NCBI RefSeq assembly: GCF_042095715.1
Contig: NZ_JBELMO010000003.1
Coordinates: forward strand, 66,779-130,778
Length of the DNA stretch: 64,000 bases
Direction: 5' to 3'
Origin: Qipengyuania sp.
GTDB lineage: Bacteria > Pseudomonadota > Alphaproteobacteria > Sphingomonadales > Sphingomonadaceae
The translations under genes were made by a program, and so were the position numbers. This document shows, one piece after another, positions 48,375 to 60,228 of the stretch. Below the pieces are notes generated by a model. It was not told the DNA's origin and ran no database searches. It saw only the letters and a program-made list of their open reading frames with translations. The first letter of the stretch is position 1. Each line of letters opens with the position of its first letter.

Positions 48375-49691
48375 ATGGCAGATCTGTTCGCCGACGAAGC
48401 GCCCCCCTCCCCCGCCCCCATTCCTTCCCCGGACGATGCCCCGCTGGCCGATCGGCTGCGGCCCAACGTGCTGGGCGAGGTGGTCGGGCAGGATCATCTG
48501 ACCGGTATCGAGGGCGCCATCGGGCGTATGGTGGCGGCAGGTCGGCTTTCCAGCATGATCCTGTGGGGACCGCCGGGGACCGGAAAGACCACTATCGCCC
48601 GGCTACTGGCCGATGCCGTGGGGATGCGCTTCGTGGCGGTCAGCGCGGTGTTCAGCGGCGTCGCCGATCTGAAGAAGGCCTTTGCCGAGGCCGATCGCGC
48701 CGCCGAAGCCGGGCAGCGCACCCTGCTGTTCGTGGACGAGATCCATCGGTTCAATCGGGCACAGCAGGATGGCTTCCTGCCTTTCGTGGAACGCGGCACC
48801 GTCACCCTCGTGGGCGCGACCACGGAGAACCCCAGCTTCGCGCTCAATGCAGCGCTGCTCAGCCGTGCGCAGGTGCTGATCCTGCACCGCCTGGACGCCG
48901 CGGCGCTCGCCAGCCTGCTGGATCGGGCCGAGGAACTGGAGGGGCCGCTGCCCCTTACTGGCGAGGCGCGCGACGCGCTGATTGCCAGCGCAGACGGCGA
49001 CGGGCGCTTTCTGCTCAACCAGGTGGAAACGCTCTACAATGCGCGGATCGAAGACCCGTTGGATCCCGCCGCGCTGGGGGCGTTCCTGCAACGCCGTGTC
49101 GCGGTGTACGACAAGGACCGGGAGGGGCATTACAACCTTATCTCCGCGCTTCACAAATCGGTGCGGGGAAGCGACGTGCAGGCATCGCTCTACTACCTCG
49201 CGCGCATGCTCATGGCGGGTGAGGAGCCTCGCTTCCTTGCGCGTAGGCTGGTTCGCATGGCGGTGGAGGACATCGGCATGGCCGACCCGCAGGCGCTGGT
49301 GCAGTGCATGGCCGCCAAGGATGCCTATGAATTCCTCGGCAGCCCTGAAGGCGAGCTGGCGCTGGTCCAGGCCTGCATCTACCTCGCCACCGCACCGAAA
49401 TCGAACGCAGCCTACAAGGCGATGAAATCCTCCTTCCGCAACGCGAAGGAGACTGGGAGCCTGATGCCCCCGCAGAACATCCTGAACGCCCCCACCAAGC
49501 TGATGAAGCAGATCGGCTATGGCGCCGGCTACAGCTACGATCACGATGCCGACGAGGGTTTTTCCGGCGACAACTACTGGCCCGAAGAGATGGAGCCGCA
49601 GAGCTATTACGCGCCCGTGGATCGCGGGTTCGAGCGCGAGGTGAAGAAGCGGCTCGATTACTGGGACAAGCTGAGGCGTGAACGCGGATGA
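48375..49691 (+). CDS. rarA: Replication-associated recombination protein A (MgsA)
   Basis: PLADRLRP, GPPGTGKTT, DEIHRFN, ATTENPSF, SALHKS, EDIG and APKSN. Confidence 0.96.
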   Translation: MADLFADEAPPSPAPIPSPDDAPLADRLRPNVLGEVVGQDHLTGIEGAIGRMVAAGRLSSMILWGPPGTGKTTIARLLADAVGMRFVAVSAVFSGVADLKKAFAEADRAAEAGQRTLLFVDEIHRFNRAQQDGFLPFVERGTVTLVGATTENPSFALNAALLSRAQVLILHRLDAAALASLLDRAEELEGPLPLTGEARDALIASADGDGRFLLNQVETLYNARIEDPLDPAALGAFLQRRVAVYDKDREGHYNLISALHKSVRGSDVQASLYYLARMLMAGEEPRFLARRLVRMAVEDIGMADPQALVQCMAAKDAYEFLGSPEGELALVQACIYLATAPKSNAAYKAMKSSFRNAKETGSLMPPQNILNAPTKLMKQIGYGAGYSYDHDADEGFSGDNYWPEEMEPQSYYAPVDRGFEREVKKRLDYWDKLRRERG

Positions 49692-49698
49692 GGCCCGG

Positions 49699-50574
49699 AT
49701 GATAGGGCGCTTCACGCACTTCGTGGCGATCGACTGGTCCGGCGCAAAGGGCCCCCGGCAGAAAGGCATCGCGCTGGCCATCGCCGATGCAGTCGGAGGG
49801 CCGCCGGTTCTCGTCAGGCACGATTGGTCCCGGGAAGCGATTCAAGCCGTCCTGCGCGACGAACTGCCGCCCGACACGCTCGTCGGGCTGGATCTCGGCA
49901 TCGCGCTCCCCTTCGCAGATTGCGGCGCCTATTTCCCCGGATGGGACAAAAGCCCCGAGGACGCGCGTGGCCTGTGGGCATTGATCGACCGGGTGGCGTC
50001 GGCGGAGGCAAACCTTGGAGCCAACAGCTTCGTGGCCCATCCGTCCGCGCGGCCGTTTTTTCGCGATGGCACGCAGACCGGGGTGCATTTCGGCTGCGAC
50101 GGCGCTTCGCACGGCCGCGGACGATTTCGCGTCACCGAGAAGGTTCAGGCGAACATGGGATGCCGGCCCTATTCCAATTTCAATCTGGTCGGCGCCGCGC
50201 AAGTCGGCAAATCCAGCCTGACCGGAATGCGCATGCTGCACGGCTTGCATGGCGAAATTCCCGTGTGGCCCGTCGATCCGCTGCCCGCGACCGGCTCCGT
50301 CCTCGTGGAAATCTACACCACGCTGGCTGCGCTGGAGGCTGGACGCACGCCCGGCACCGCGAAAATGCGCAGTTTCGAGGAACTGAACCGGTCGCTAACC
50401 ACTCTGGGCAGTCCGCCGGTCGCGGGGCGGGGTGCGATCGAAGACCACGCATCCGACGCGTTGCTGGCCGCTGCGTGGCTTCGAAAGGTGGCGGGCGATA
50501 CGAGACGCTGGTCCCCTTCGGGCCTCACCAAAGATATCGCTCGAACCGAAGGCTGGACTTTTGGCGCGTTTTGA
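49699..50574 (+). CDS. Hypothetical protein, RNase H-like (DUF429-like) fold
   Basis: AIDWSG, VGLDLGIALP, VEIY and HASDAL acidic motifs. Confidence 0.7.
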   Translation: MIGRFTHFVAIDWSGAKGPRQKGIALAIADAVGGPPVLVRHDWSREAIQAVLRDELPPDTLVGLDLGIALPFADCGAYFPGWDKSPEDARGLWALIDRVASAEANLGANSFVAHPSARPFFRDGTQTGVHFGCDGASHGRGRFRVTEKVQANMGCRPYSNFNLVGAAQVGKSSLTGMRMLHGLHGEIPVWPVDPLPATGSVLVEIYTTLAALEAGRTPGTAKMRSFEELNRSLTTLGSPPVAGRGAIEDHASDALLAAAWLRKVAGDTRRWSPSGLTKDIARTEGWTFGAF

Positions 50575-50595
50575 GCTTAGCGGCGGCGCGCAAAT

Positions 50596-50671
<76 letters not shown>

Positions 50672-50747
50672 AACTCTTCGATTTTGATTTTTGTTCGGAA
50701 TTCCTCGCGGCGCTGCGGGCCTTTGCTTCGAAAACAGGCCGGATAAC

Positions 50748-51200
50748 TTAGCCTCGGCCCCGGTAGCTCTGGACACCTTGCTCGGGCACCCACAGCCCCT
50801 CGGGCGCCGACCCGCTTTGCCAGAACACGTCGATTGGAATGCCGCCACGCGGATACCAATACCCGCCGATTCTCAGCCAGCGCGGCGCCATCTCCTCGAA
50901 CAGCCGTTTTCCGATACCCACGGTCACATCCTCGTGAAAACCGCAGTGATTGCGGAAGCTGCCCAGGAACAGCTTCAGGCTTTTCGATTCGACGATGGTT
51001 TCCCCCGGCGCGTAGTCCAGCACCAGATGGGCGAAGTCCGGCTGCCCGGTTACCGGGCACAGAGAGGTAAACTCGGGGGCGGCGAAGCGAACCAGGTAAA
51101 GCTCTCCCGCCCGCGGATTGGCGACATAGTCCAGTTCCGCCTCTTCGGGCGAAGACGGTAGCGGCGTCGTAGCGCCCAGGAATTTCGGTGTGCCGTTCAT
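50748..51200 (-). CDS. queF: preQ0 reductase (7-cyano-7-deazaguanine reductase)
   Basis: [27 protein letters not shown] and RGGIPIDV. Confidence 0.96.
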   Translation of the reverse strand: MNGTPKFLGATTPLPSSPEEAELDYVANPRAGELYLVRFAAPEFTSLCPVTGQPDFAHLVLDYAPGETIVESKSLKLFLGSFRNHCGFHEDVTVGIGKRLFEEMAPRWLRIGGYWYPRGGIPIDVFWQSGSAPEGLWVPEQGVQSYRGRG

Positions 51201-51305
51201 GCCGCGCATCTGGCCCCATCGCAGCCTGGAGGCAAGCGGGCGCTTGGAATGCATCTGCTTCACCGCGTATTCACGCGCTTCCCTCGATTCCCCGGCTCTC
51301 TTCTC

Positions 51306-52433
51306 ATGCGACTGCGTACATTTCTTCTATCGAGCCTCATCGCGGCTCTCGCCGCTCCCTCTCTCGCGCAATCGGGCGGGGGGTTTTCGCTGGAGCCGGG
51401 ACCCACGCCCACGCCGACACAGGGCAATTCCGTGCAGGGTCCGGTCGACACGGACGGGCCGATCCCGGTCCGGCCGCGTGCCATCGTCACACCATCGCCC
51501 AGTCGGGCCGCGCCGCAGGAGGCACCGCAGACGCAGACGCCCGTTCGTCCGCCCAGACCCGAACCGGCCATTCCGACGACCGCGCCGCGACCCGCGCCAG
51601 TCCGCGCCCCATCAACTGTCGAGCCCCCCGCCAGCCGGGTAAGCGATGGCACATCGACTGCCGAGCAGGCGTCGGTTGATACGCCAATCGATGCGCCGGG
51701 CATCGACGAGCCGGCGGCGCTGGAAACCGCGGAGGCCGGCGCCTCGGTCGAGACCCCGGTCCCTCAGCCTGTCCCAACACCGGCGGATGAGCCATCGGGT
51801 GAGGAAGACAGCGGATTTTCCGCCATCCTCGTCACCGCTGCCGCGCTGGTTCTCGCCATTCTCGTTGGCGCGGTGGTTTTCCGGCGCCGTCGTCGCTCGG
51901 ATCCGGTGACGGAATTTGTCCCGCCAATAGTCGCACCTCGATCGGAACGGGCCAGGCTGAAAATGGAAGTGGCCGCGCTGCGCATGGACCGGAGCCTGAT
52001 GAACGTAACCGTCGCGTACCGGATCACTCTTCACAATCCGTCAGCGCGTGCCCTGTCGAACCTGGTGATCGAGGGCGATCTGGTGTCTGCTGCGCGCGAC
52101 ACGCATCTGGATAGCCAACTGGCTTCCCCCGATGCGCCGCTCCCGCTGCGCCATCAGGCGGACCGCATTGCGCCGGGGGGATCGCAGCGTTTCGAAGGGC
52201 AGCTTCGCCTGGCCCTTTCCGAGGTAACCGCGATCAGGCAGGGCAATGTCGCCTTGCTGGTGCCCCTGATGCGCGTGCGTGCCCTTGCCGACGAAGTGGA
52301 TCCCGTCGTCACCACGCTGGTCATCGGCCAGGGGTCTGGCGCACGCCCGCAACCCTTCAGGCTTGACGAGGGGCCGCGCAGCTTCGCACCGCTGGCTCAG
52401 CGCAAGCTCGACAGCGCCCCAGTCGCTGTCTAG
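51306..52433 (+). CDS. Signal peptide + Pro/Thr-rich linker + TM + C-terminal domain hypothetical protein
   Basis: Signal LAAPSLA-Q; PT/PA-rich region; [27 protein letters not shown]. Confidence 0.7.
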   Translation: MRLRTFLLSSLIAALAAPSLAQSGGGFSLEPGPTPTPTQGNSVQGPVDTDGPIPVRPRAIVTPSPSRAAPQEAPQTQTPVRPPRPEPAIPTTAPRPAPVRAPSTVEPPASRVSDGTSTAEQASVDTPIDAPGIDEPAALETAEAGASVETPVPQPVPTPADEPSGEEDSGFSAILVTAAALVLAILVGAVVFRRRRRSDPVTEFVPPIVAPRSERARLKMEVAALRMDRSLMNVTVAYRITLHNPSARALSNLVIEGDLVSAARDTHLDSQLASPDAPLPLRHQADRIAPGGSQRFEGQLRLALSEVTAIRQGNVALLVPLMRVRALADEVDPVVTTLVIGQGSGARPQPFRLDEGPRSFAPLAQRKLDSAPVAV

Positions 52434-52444
52434 CAAATCCGGCG

Positions 52445-53287
52445 ATGGACAGTCTCGTTTCCACCGAATGGCTCGCGGACAATCAGGATGGTGCGGACCT
52501 GATCGTCCTCGATGCCAGCCGTCACTTACCCGCCGCCGACCGCGATGCCGAAGCCGAGTTTCGCAGCGGACACATTCCGGGCGCACGCTTTCTGGACCTC
52601 GCTGATCTCACCGATCCCCACTCGTCGGTCGGTAAGACCCTGCCCGGCCCGGAACAGGCGGCGCGGGTCTTTGCCGCAGTCGGGCTCGACCGGTCCCAGC
52701 GGATCGTGCTCTACGATGACAGCGACGTGAAGACATCGGCGCGCGCATGGTTCATCCTGTACGGATACGGATTTTCGAATTTGGCGATCCTCGACGGCGG
52801 GCTGGCCAAGTGGAAGACAGAAGGGCGCCCGCTGGAAACGGGGTCACATCCGATTTCCAGCACACAGGTGCAGCAAACCGGCTTTACCGCCAGGGTCAGG
52901 CGCAAGAGCGACATTTTTCAGAACCTTTCGAGCAAGGCGGAGCAGGTCGTCGATGCCCGCGACGCGGGCCGATTCAGCGGCGAGACTACGGATACAGTGC
53001 ATAATCTGCCCGGCGGCCATATCCCCGGTGCGAAGAACGTGTTTTTCCGCGATCTGTTTGCAGACGACGGCACCTTTCTCCGTCCCGCGGAACTGCGCCG
53101 GCTATTCGAGCGCGCCGGTGTCGATCTGAGCCGTCCCATCGTCACAAGCTGCGGCAGCGGCGTAACGGCATCTGTCCTGCTGTTCGCACTGCAGCTTGCA
53201 GGCATCGAGGACGCCGCCCTTTACGATGGAAGCTGGTCCGAATGGGGCGCGGATCCCGACCTGCCGGTCGAGACCGGCGGCGGCTGA
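52445..53287 (+). CDS. sseA: 3-mercaptopyruvate/thiosulfate sulfurtransferase
   Basis: Two rhodanese domains; GHIPGA twice, SARAWF, CGSGVTA and YDGSWSEW. Confidence 0.92.
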   Translation: MDSLVSTEWLADNQDGADLIVLDASRHLPAADRDAEAEFRSGHIPGARFLDLADLTDPHSSVGKTLPGPEQAARVFAAVGLDRSQRIVLYDDSDVKTSARAWFILYGYGFSNLAILDGGLAKWKTEGRPLETGSHPISSTQVQQTGFTARVRRKSDIFQNLSSKAEQVVDARDAGRFSGETTDTVHNLPGGHIPGAKNVFFRDLFADDGTFLRPAELRRLFERAGVDLSRPIVTSCGSGVTASVLLFALQLAGIEDAALYDGSWSEWGADPDLPVETGGG

Positions 53288-53340
53288 CTTGCGGAGCGGG
53301 TGGGCTTGCCGTTAGGACTATGCCGTTCCAGGGGAGGCGG

Positions 53341-54525
53341 ATGAAAGACTTAGATCAGGACCTCTCCAGCGCGACCAAGCTCGCAGCCACGGGAAGGTCC
53401 CCAGACCCGCATATCGTCAATCCGCCGGTCTATCGCGCCAGCACGCACCTCTATCCCGATTGCGCCAGCCTGCGGAGTGGTCTCGCCACCAATGCCGATG
53501 GCCGCTTCTTCTACGGGCGCAGGGGATCCCCGACCCAGTGGGCGCTGTGCGAGGCACTGACCGCGCTCGAACCCGGTGCGGAAGGAACGGTGCTTTATCC
53601 CAGCGGCGTGGCCGCCATCGCGGGGGCTCTGCTGGCCGCGCTCGATCCGGGCGACGTTTTGCTGGTGACCGACAATGCCTATGAGCCGAGCCGCGCCATG
53701 GCCACCGGGATGCTGGCGCGATGGGGGATCGAAACCCGCTTCTTCGATCCCATGGACGTGGAAGGCTTTGGCGCCCGGTTCTGTGAGCGAACCAAGGCTG
53801 TGCTGCTGGAAAGCCCGGGCAGCCTCACCATGGAGGTGTGCGACACGCCTGCTCTCGCCGCAGAAGCGCGAAAGCGCGGGGCGGCCGTTTTGATCGACAA
53901 CACGTGGGCCAGCTCGCTCGGGTTCGCCGCGCTCGACCACGGGTGCGACATATCGATTCAGGCGCTGACCAAACATGTCGGCGGCCATTCGGATCTGATG
54001 ATGGGCTCCTGCACCGCCGGGCGGACATGGTATGCGCGCCTCAGGACCACCGCACAGCAACTGGGGCAGGTCGTCTCCCCCGATGATGCAGCCCTGGCGC
54101 TTCGTGGTCTGCGGACCTTGGGTTTGCGGCTCGAACGCTCCACGACCAGCGCCCTCGTTATCGCCGCCTGGCTGGATGGCAGGGAAGAGGTCGCCGAAGT
54201 GCTCTGTCCGATGTACCCGGGCGCGGTCGGTCACGATCTGTGGAAGCGCGATTTCACCGGTGGCTGCGGCCTCATGAGCTTCACGCTGGCGGATGCAGAC
54301 GATGCCGCAAGGTGCCGGATGATCGATGCGCTTTCGCTGTTCGGCATCGGTTACAGCTGGGGAGGATTCGAAAGTCTTGCCCTGCCCGTAGATCCGGCGC
54401 GCGTTCGCACGGAGACCGAATGGCCCGAGGGCAAGCCCGCAATCCGCCTCTCGATCGGGCTGGAGGATCCGGCCGATCTTATCGCCGATCTCGAACGCGG
54501 GTTCGCCGCGATGAGGGCGCTCTGA
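53341..54525 (+). CDS. metC: Cystathionine beta-lyase
   Basis: VNPPVYRAST, YGRRGSPT, DNTW, TKHVGGHSD and SWGGFESL. Confidence 0.92.
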   Translation: MKDLDQDLSSATKLAATGRSPDPHIVNPPVYRASTHLYPDCASLRSGLATNADGRFFYGRRGSPTQWALCEALTALEPGAEGTVLYPSGVAAIAGALLAALDPGDVLLVTDNAYEPSRAMATGMLARWGIETRFFDPMDVEGFGARFCERTKAVLLESPGSLTMEVCDTPALAAEARKRGAAVLIDNTWASSLGFAALDHGCDISIQALTKHVGGHSDLMMGSCTAGRTWYARLRTTAQQLGQVVSPDDAALALRGLRTLGLRLERSTTSALVIAAWLDGREEVAEVLCPMYPGAVGHDLWKRDFTGGCGLMSFTLADADDAARCRMIDALSLFGIGYSWGGFESLALPVDPARVRTETEWPEGKPAIRLSIGLEDPADLIADLERGFAAMRAL

Positions 54526-55604
54526 TGGCCCTCCCCGCGATACCGACCGACGCCCCTACCGACGCAGCGACCGCCACGGCAGCACCGACGCCGCCCCCCG
54601 AGCAAGCGTGGAGCCTGGCCCAGCCGATGCCGGAGGAGACCCAGGTCGCCGCGGCGCAGGAAATCAAGAGGGCGGTTCAGCAAAGCGAGACACTGGGCGG
54701 ATTCGTCAACTCGCTCGATGCTCTGGCTATCGAACTCGGTAGCTTCCGGATCTCGGTCTGGGATTTGATCATCGTCCTTGCGATCCTGGTATTCACCTAC
54801 ACTGCGGGCAAGCTGGCCGGGAAAGCCGCGCGATCGCTTGTCCGTCGCACCACGCGGATGGACAGCACGCAGCAACTGCTGGCCGAAAAGATCATCTCCA
54901 TCGTGATCTGGGCGGGCGTGTTCTTCCTGACCATCGATCTGCTGGGCATCGACCTTACCGCTCTGGCGGTGTTTTCGGGCGCATTCGGCCTGGCGATCGG
55001 TTTCGGCCTCCAGAAGACCTTCGGCAATCTGATTGCCGGAATCATCCTGCTGATGGACAAGTCCATCAAGCCAGGGGACGTCATCGTGATCGCGGATTCC
55101 GCGGGCAATTCGACCTTCGGCCAGATCCGCAAGATCGGCGTGCGCGCCGTCAGCCTGGTGACGCGCGACCAGAAGGAATATCTCATTCCGAACGAGAACC
55201 TGATGATCAATCAGGTCGAAAACTGGTCCTATTCGAGCAGGAACGTCCGGATCCAGGTGCCGGTGGGGGTCAGTTACGAAGCCGACATGGACCTGGCCGA
55301 AAAGCTGATGCTGGAAGCGGCGAAATCCTGCGCCCGCGTGCTCAAGAGCCCGCCCCCCATAGCCTGGATGAAGGGTTATGGTGAAAGCTCGGTGGATTTC
55401 ATCATCCACTGCTGGATCCAGGACCCGGAAGAAGGCGTGGGCAATGTGCAGTCCGCCGTTCTCAAGAAGCTGTGGTGGCTGTTCAAGGAGAACAACGTCG
55501 AAATCCCGTTCCCCCAGCGCGATCTCCACCTACGCTCCTCAGAACAGCTCGAGAAGCTGCTGGCGATCATGGAACGCCGCGAAAGCGCGGCCGAAGAGAA
55601 TTAA
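54525..55604 (+). CDS. Small-conductance mechanosensitive channel (MscS family)
   Basis: GAFGLAIGFGLQ..NLIAG, PGDVI, IPNE..NWS and IEIPFPQR-like C-terminus. Confidence 0.92.
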   Translation: MALPAIPTDAPTDAATATAAPTPPPEQAWSLAQPMPEETQVAAAQEIKRAVQQSETLGGFVNSLDALAIELGSFRISVWDLIIVLAILVFTYTAGKLAGKAARSLVRRTTRMDSTQQLLAEKIISIVIWAGVFFLTIDLLGIDLTALAVFSGAFGLAIGFGLQKTFGNLIAGIILLMDKSIKPGDVIVIADSAGNSTFGQIRKIGVRAVSLVTRDQKEYLIPNENLMINQVENWSYSSRNVRIQVPVGVSYEADMDLAEKLMLEAAKSCARVLKSPPPIAWMKGYGESSVDFIIHCWIQDPEEGVGNVQSAVLKKLWWLFKENNVEIPFPQRDLHLRSSEQLEKLLAIMERRESAAEEN

Positions 55605-56515
55605 AGCCAGCCGTTCTCGCGATACCAGCGCGCGGTCTCGACCAGACCTTCCCGACCCTGGATCTGGGGGCGCCAGACCTCCCCGGGCACGGCAAGGGGT
55701 GGGCGCGCGACCCAATCGGGATGCGCCATATAGCCCACCCGGTCCAACGTGAGCCGGGCCTTGTTCCCCCTGATCATCCCGTCCGCCTGCGCGGCAACGC
55801 GCATGATCGTCTTGGGAAGATGGGGCGCGAAGACGCGGTCTTTTCCCACGGCAGCCCCGATCGCGTTCGCCAGCGCCTTATGAGACCAACCGCCGGCGCG
55901 CCCGTCATCGGGCTCGAACAGCCCGCGCCGCACCAGATTGCGCGGCGCGCCGCAGACGTCGAGCAACAGGCGCGCGAGATCCGCGACGTGGATGATCGAA
56001 CTGGCGCCTGGAGGTGGAAGAGGCACGAAGCCGCGCTTTGCCGTGCGAAACATCTCCAGATAATCCACATCGCGCGGACCGTAGACGCCGGGCGGTCGCA
56101 CGATGGTCCAGTCTAGCCCACTCGTCTCGACCAGCCGCTCCGCCTGCGCTTTCGACGCCCCATAGGCGGAAAGGCCCGGCTCGCGCGCCGCGAGCGAGGA
56201 GACGAACACGAAGAGCCGTGACCCACTGTCCTTGGCGGCGCGAAGCATGGCCGCCGTGCCGTCGACATTCGCGGGGCCGAACGCGGCAGGATCGGGCGCG
56301 CTGGTGAGACCGGCGATGTGAACCACCGCCTCCGCCCCCTCGGCCAGACGCGCCAGCGCGGCATCGTCACCCAGCGTACCTTCGATCCAGGTCACGCCAA
56401 AGCGGTCCTCTTGGGCACGACGTGTCAGCGCGCGCACCGTCAATTCGCGCCTTGCGGCCTCGTCCAGCACGGCCTGACCCACGAAGCCGGTCGCGCCGGT
56501 GATCGCCACCGTCAC
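55601..56515 (-). CDS. NAD-dependent epimerase/dehydratase family protein
   Basis: ITGATGFVG, VSSLAA, YGASK and RPPGVYG; GTG start overlaps the proB stop. Confidence 0.88.
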   Translation of the reverse strand: MTVAITGATGFVGQAVLDEAARRELTVRALTRRAQEDRFGVTWIEGTLGDDAALARLAEGAEAVVHIAGLTSAPDPAAFGPANVDGTAAMLRAAKDSGSRLFVFVSSLAAREPGLSAYGASKAQAERLVETSGLDWTIVRPPGVYGPRDVDYLEMFRTAKRGFVPLPPPGASSIIHVADLARLLLDVCGAPRNLVRRGLFEPDDGRAGGWSHKALANAIGAAVGKDRVFAPHLPKTIMRVAAQADGMIRGNKARLTLDRVGYMAHPDWVARPPLAVPGEVWRPQIQGREGLVETARWYRENGWL

Positions 56516-57633
56516 AGCAGCACCATATGGTCCCGATGTACCACCGCCGCACGGGGGGCATAGCCGAGCCGCGCCGCCTGTTGCGCCTGCGACAGGCCCA
56601 TGATGGTTCGGCATTCCTGCGCGCCATATTCGGCGAGCCCCTGCGCCATGCGCCTGCCGTTCGCATCGACGATCACCACCAGATCGCCGCGCCGGAATTC
56701 GCCCTCGATACCGGTGATCCCCGCCGCAAGAACGCTGGCGCCGTCCGCAAGCGCGGTGGCACAACCCGCGTCGACGATCAGCGTACCCGCCGGGGCGAGC
56801 CGCCCGCCCAGCCATACCTGGCGGGCCCGTGCGCCCCGCTGCGCGGCGAAGATCGTCCCGCGCGCGTCGCTCGCCGCTCGGGAGAGTGGCGCTTCGTGAG
56901 TCCCATTGATGATCGCCAGGGGGATGCCCGCCCGGTCGGCAATCTGCGCTGCTTCCAGCTTGGATGCCATCCCGCCCGACCCGATGCCCGATCCGATACC
57001 CGGTACCGCCATCTCCATGATTTCCGGCGTCACGCGTTCCACCAGCGGGATCAGGCGCGAATTTTCGGCGCGCGGATCGCCATCGTAGAGGCCATCGACG
57101 TCCGAAAGCAGCGCCACGGCCTGCGCTTGCGCCACCTGCGCCACGCGGGCAGCCAGGCGGTCGTTGTCGCCGAAGCGGATTTCCTCGGTCGCGATACTGT
57201 CGTTCTCGTTGATGACGGGGATCGCATCGGCATCCAGCAGCCGGGCCAGCGTCGCCGCGGCATTCAGATAGCGGCGCCGGTCTTCCAGATCGGAGAGCGT
57301 GACCAGCAATTGCGCGGCGACCAGACCATGTGCGCCGAGCATTTCCGACCACAGCGATGCCAGCCCGATCTGCCCGACCGATGCAGCCGCCTGCGCATCG
57401 GCAAGGCTTCCGCGCCCGCCCTTGTCCAGATGAAGCCGGGCGGCGCCCAGCGCGATCGCGCCCGAACTGACGATGACGATGTCCTGACCCTTGCGTTTGA
57501 GGTCGCGGATATCCTCTGCGAAGCGCGCGAGCCATCGGGTCCGGACGGCACCGGTTGGGTCCACGAGCAGGGAGGACCCGACCTTCACGACCAGTCGCGG
57601 CGCGTTCAGCAAATCGGAAATCGTTTTTGGCAT
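56512..57633 (-). CDS. proB: Glutamate 5-kinase
   Basis: VVKVGSS, VSSGAI, NENDS, FGDNDRL and GGMASK; C-terminal PUA domain. Confidence 0.96.
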   Translation of the reverse strand: MPKTISDLLNAPRLVVKVGSSLLVDPTGAVRTRWLARFAEDIRDLKRKGQDIVIVSSGAIALGAARLHLDKGGRGSLADAQAAASVGQIGLASLWSEMLGAHGLVAAQLLVTLSDLEDRRRYLNAAATLARLLDADAIPVINENDSIATEEIRFGDNDRLAARVAQVAQAQAVALLSDVDGLYDGDPRAENSRLIPLVERVTPEIMEMAVPGIGSGIGSGGMASKLEAAQIADRAGIPLAIINGTHEAPLSRAASDARGTIFAAQRGARARQVWLGGRLAPAGTLIVDAGCATALADGASVLAAGITGIEGEFRRGDLVVIVDANGRRMAQGLAEYGAQECRTIMGLSQAQQAARLGYAPRAAVVHRDHMVLL

Positions 57634-57689
57634 CGACCTGATGCCCCTATGAAATTCGCGGGCCCGTCAAAAGCGAATTATGAACTTGC

Positions 57690-58754
<1,065 letters not shown>

Positions 58755-58796
58755 TTAGCCTCAGTTGCCATCCACGCCATCCGGCCCTTCAGGCTT

Positions 58797-58948
58797 TCCT
58801 CGCGCCTGCGGCGCTGCGGGCGGCCGGTCGGCCTTGCGGTCGGATAGCCACCGAAAGGACTAGCGACCAAATCGAAGTTTGCGCAAGATCGGTCGCCTTG
58901 CGACCGCAAGTGCGAATGCGCGCCCTTTGCACCTGAACGGCGCGAGGA
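58797..58948. repeat. 152-bp element with nested inverted repeats (REPIN/MITE-like or structured leader)
   Basis: Outer IR tcctcgcgcc/ggcgcgagga; inner IR cttgcggtcg (58833-58842)/cgaccgcaag (58901-58910); partial similar copy near 50701. Confidence 0.55.
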
Positions 58949-59010
58949 CATCGCACGCCGGAGGGCGTGCGGAAACGAAACAGCCCAGGGAAATTTCGGC
59001 GAAATCGACC

Positions 59011-59086
<76 letters not shown>

Positions 59087-59170
59087 GTTCCAGGTCATGC
59101 GCGCCGACGCGAAGGTCTCTGCGGCAACGCGAACGGGCGCCTTAGCGAAGCCGAGGCGCCCGGAAAAGAC

Positions 59171-60064
59171 CTATTTGCCCGGTGCGTCGTCGGGTATCGG
59201 CTGCACCACCGGGCTCGATTGCTGTTCGGGCTTTACCGGAACCACCGGGATCTGCGCACCGGTTTCCTGATCGGTTACCTTGCTCTGCGATAGCGGCGCC
59301 GAAGTAGTGGTGACGGGATCGCTGATCCCACCCGCTGCCGGAACGGTCATGCTGGCGCGCGCCTTCTGAACGGCCACATATCCTGGCTGAGAAGCACCGT
59401 AGCGATCGCCATAACGCGCATCCCAAGCAGCCGAATCGCGCTGGTACTGCTCGTAGGCGGTGTAGAAGGTTTCGAACGGCTGTTCCATGATCGGCAGATT
59501 GGTCTGCGCGAACACGATCGGGTCCATCTCCTCCGTCGCCGATGCGCGGCTGGCGACATCGAGCGCGGCGGCGCAGAAGTTGTTGCGCGCGGGCGGAAGC
59601 GCGAAATAGTTGTAGACCGTGGTCATGATCTTCTCGCGCGCCTTGATGGCATCGCGGCGGACCTTGTATTCCTTGCCATAGCTGGCATCGATCCGCTCGT
59701 TTACCTTCCTGAGGGTGCGGGCATTGTCCTTGATGTAGCTGGCGTAGCCATCGAGGATCGGGGCGTGGGCCGCATCCGTGCAATTCAGCGCGGCCACGTT
59801 CCAGGCCGAGCGGAAGTACCAAACCTTTTCGTCATCGCTGAGCGAATTGAGCACGGTAACGCGGCGACCGTCCGCGCCCATGGCGGGAATGTCCATGATA
59901 TAGGCGGCGCCCGCCGGCGGATTGGGCCGGTAGGGAATGACCTCTGCCGGAGGCGGGGGTGGCGGCGGCGGTGGCGGTGGCGGCGGTGTGGCGCAGCCGG
60001 CGGCGGCGGCAGTGGCGACTGCGATCAGCGTAAATCGAAGCGGTGACTGTGAAGTGCGAGGCAT
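59171..60064 (-). CDS. Hypothetical lipoprotein with a poly-proline tract
   Basis: Lipobox AAGC; P12 run; [14 protein letters not shown] helical domain. Confidence 0.8.
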   Translation of the reverse strand: MPRTSQSPLRFTLIAVATAAAAGCATPPPPPPPPPPPPPAEVIPYRPNPPAGAAYIMDIPAMGADGRRVTVLNSLSDDEKVWYFRSAWNVAALNCTDAAHAPILDGYASYIKDNARTLRKVNERIDASYGKEYKVRRDAIKAREKIMTTVYNYFALPPARNNFCAAALDVASRASATEEMDPIVFAQTNLPIMEQPFETFYTAYEQYQRDSAAWDARYGDRYGASQPGYVAVQKARASMTVPAAGGISDPVTTTSAPLSQSKVTDQETGAQIPVVPVKPEQQSSPVVQPIPDDAPGK

Positions 60065-60164
60065 TGCGAACCCTTCCCGTAAGCACGGCCAATATCAGGC
60101 GACGACCATCGCATCGCATCGCTTGACCCGTGATGAAGCGCCCTGCTTACGCGGGCATAGCGCA

Positions 60165-60200
60165 TAAGAAAACGCCCGAGGGGTAATTTCCCCCCGGGCG
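60165..60200 (-). terminator. Intrinsic terminator of the YccA/Bax inhibitor-1 gene
   Basis: GC hairpin cgcccg.gggg/cccc.cgggcg followed by TTTTCTT on the minus strand. Confidence 0.7.
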
Positions 60201-60228
60201 CCTTCGCTTGGTTCCGGATGATCCGCGC

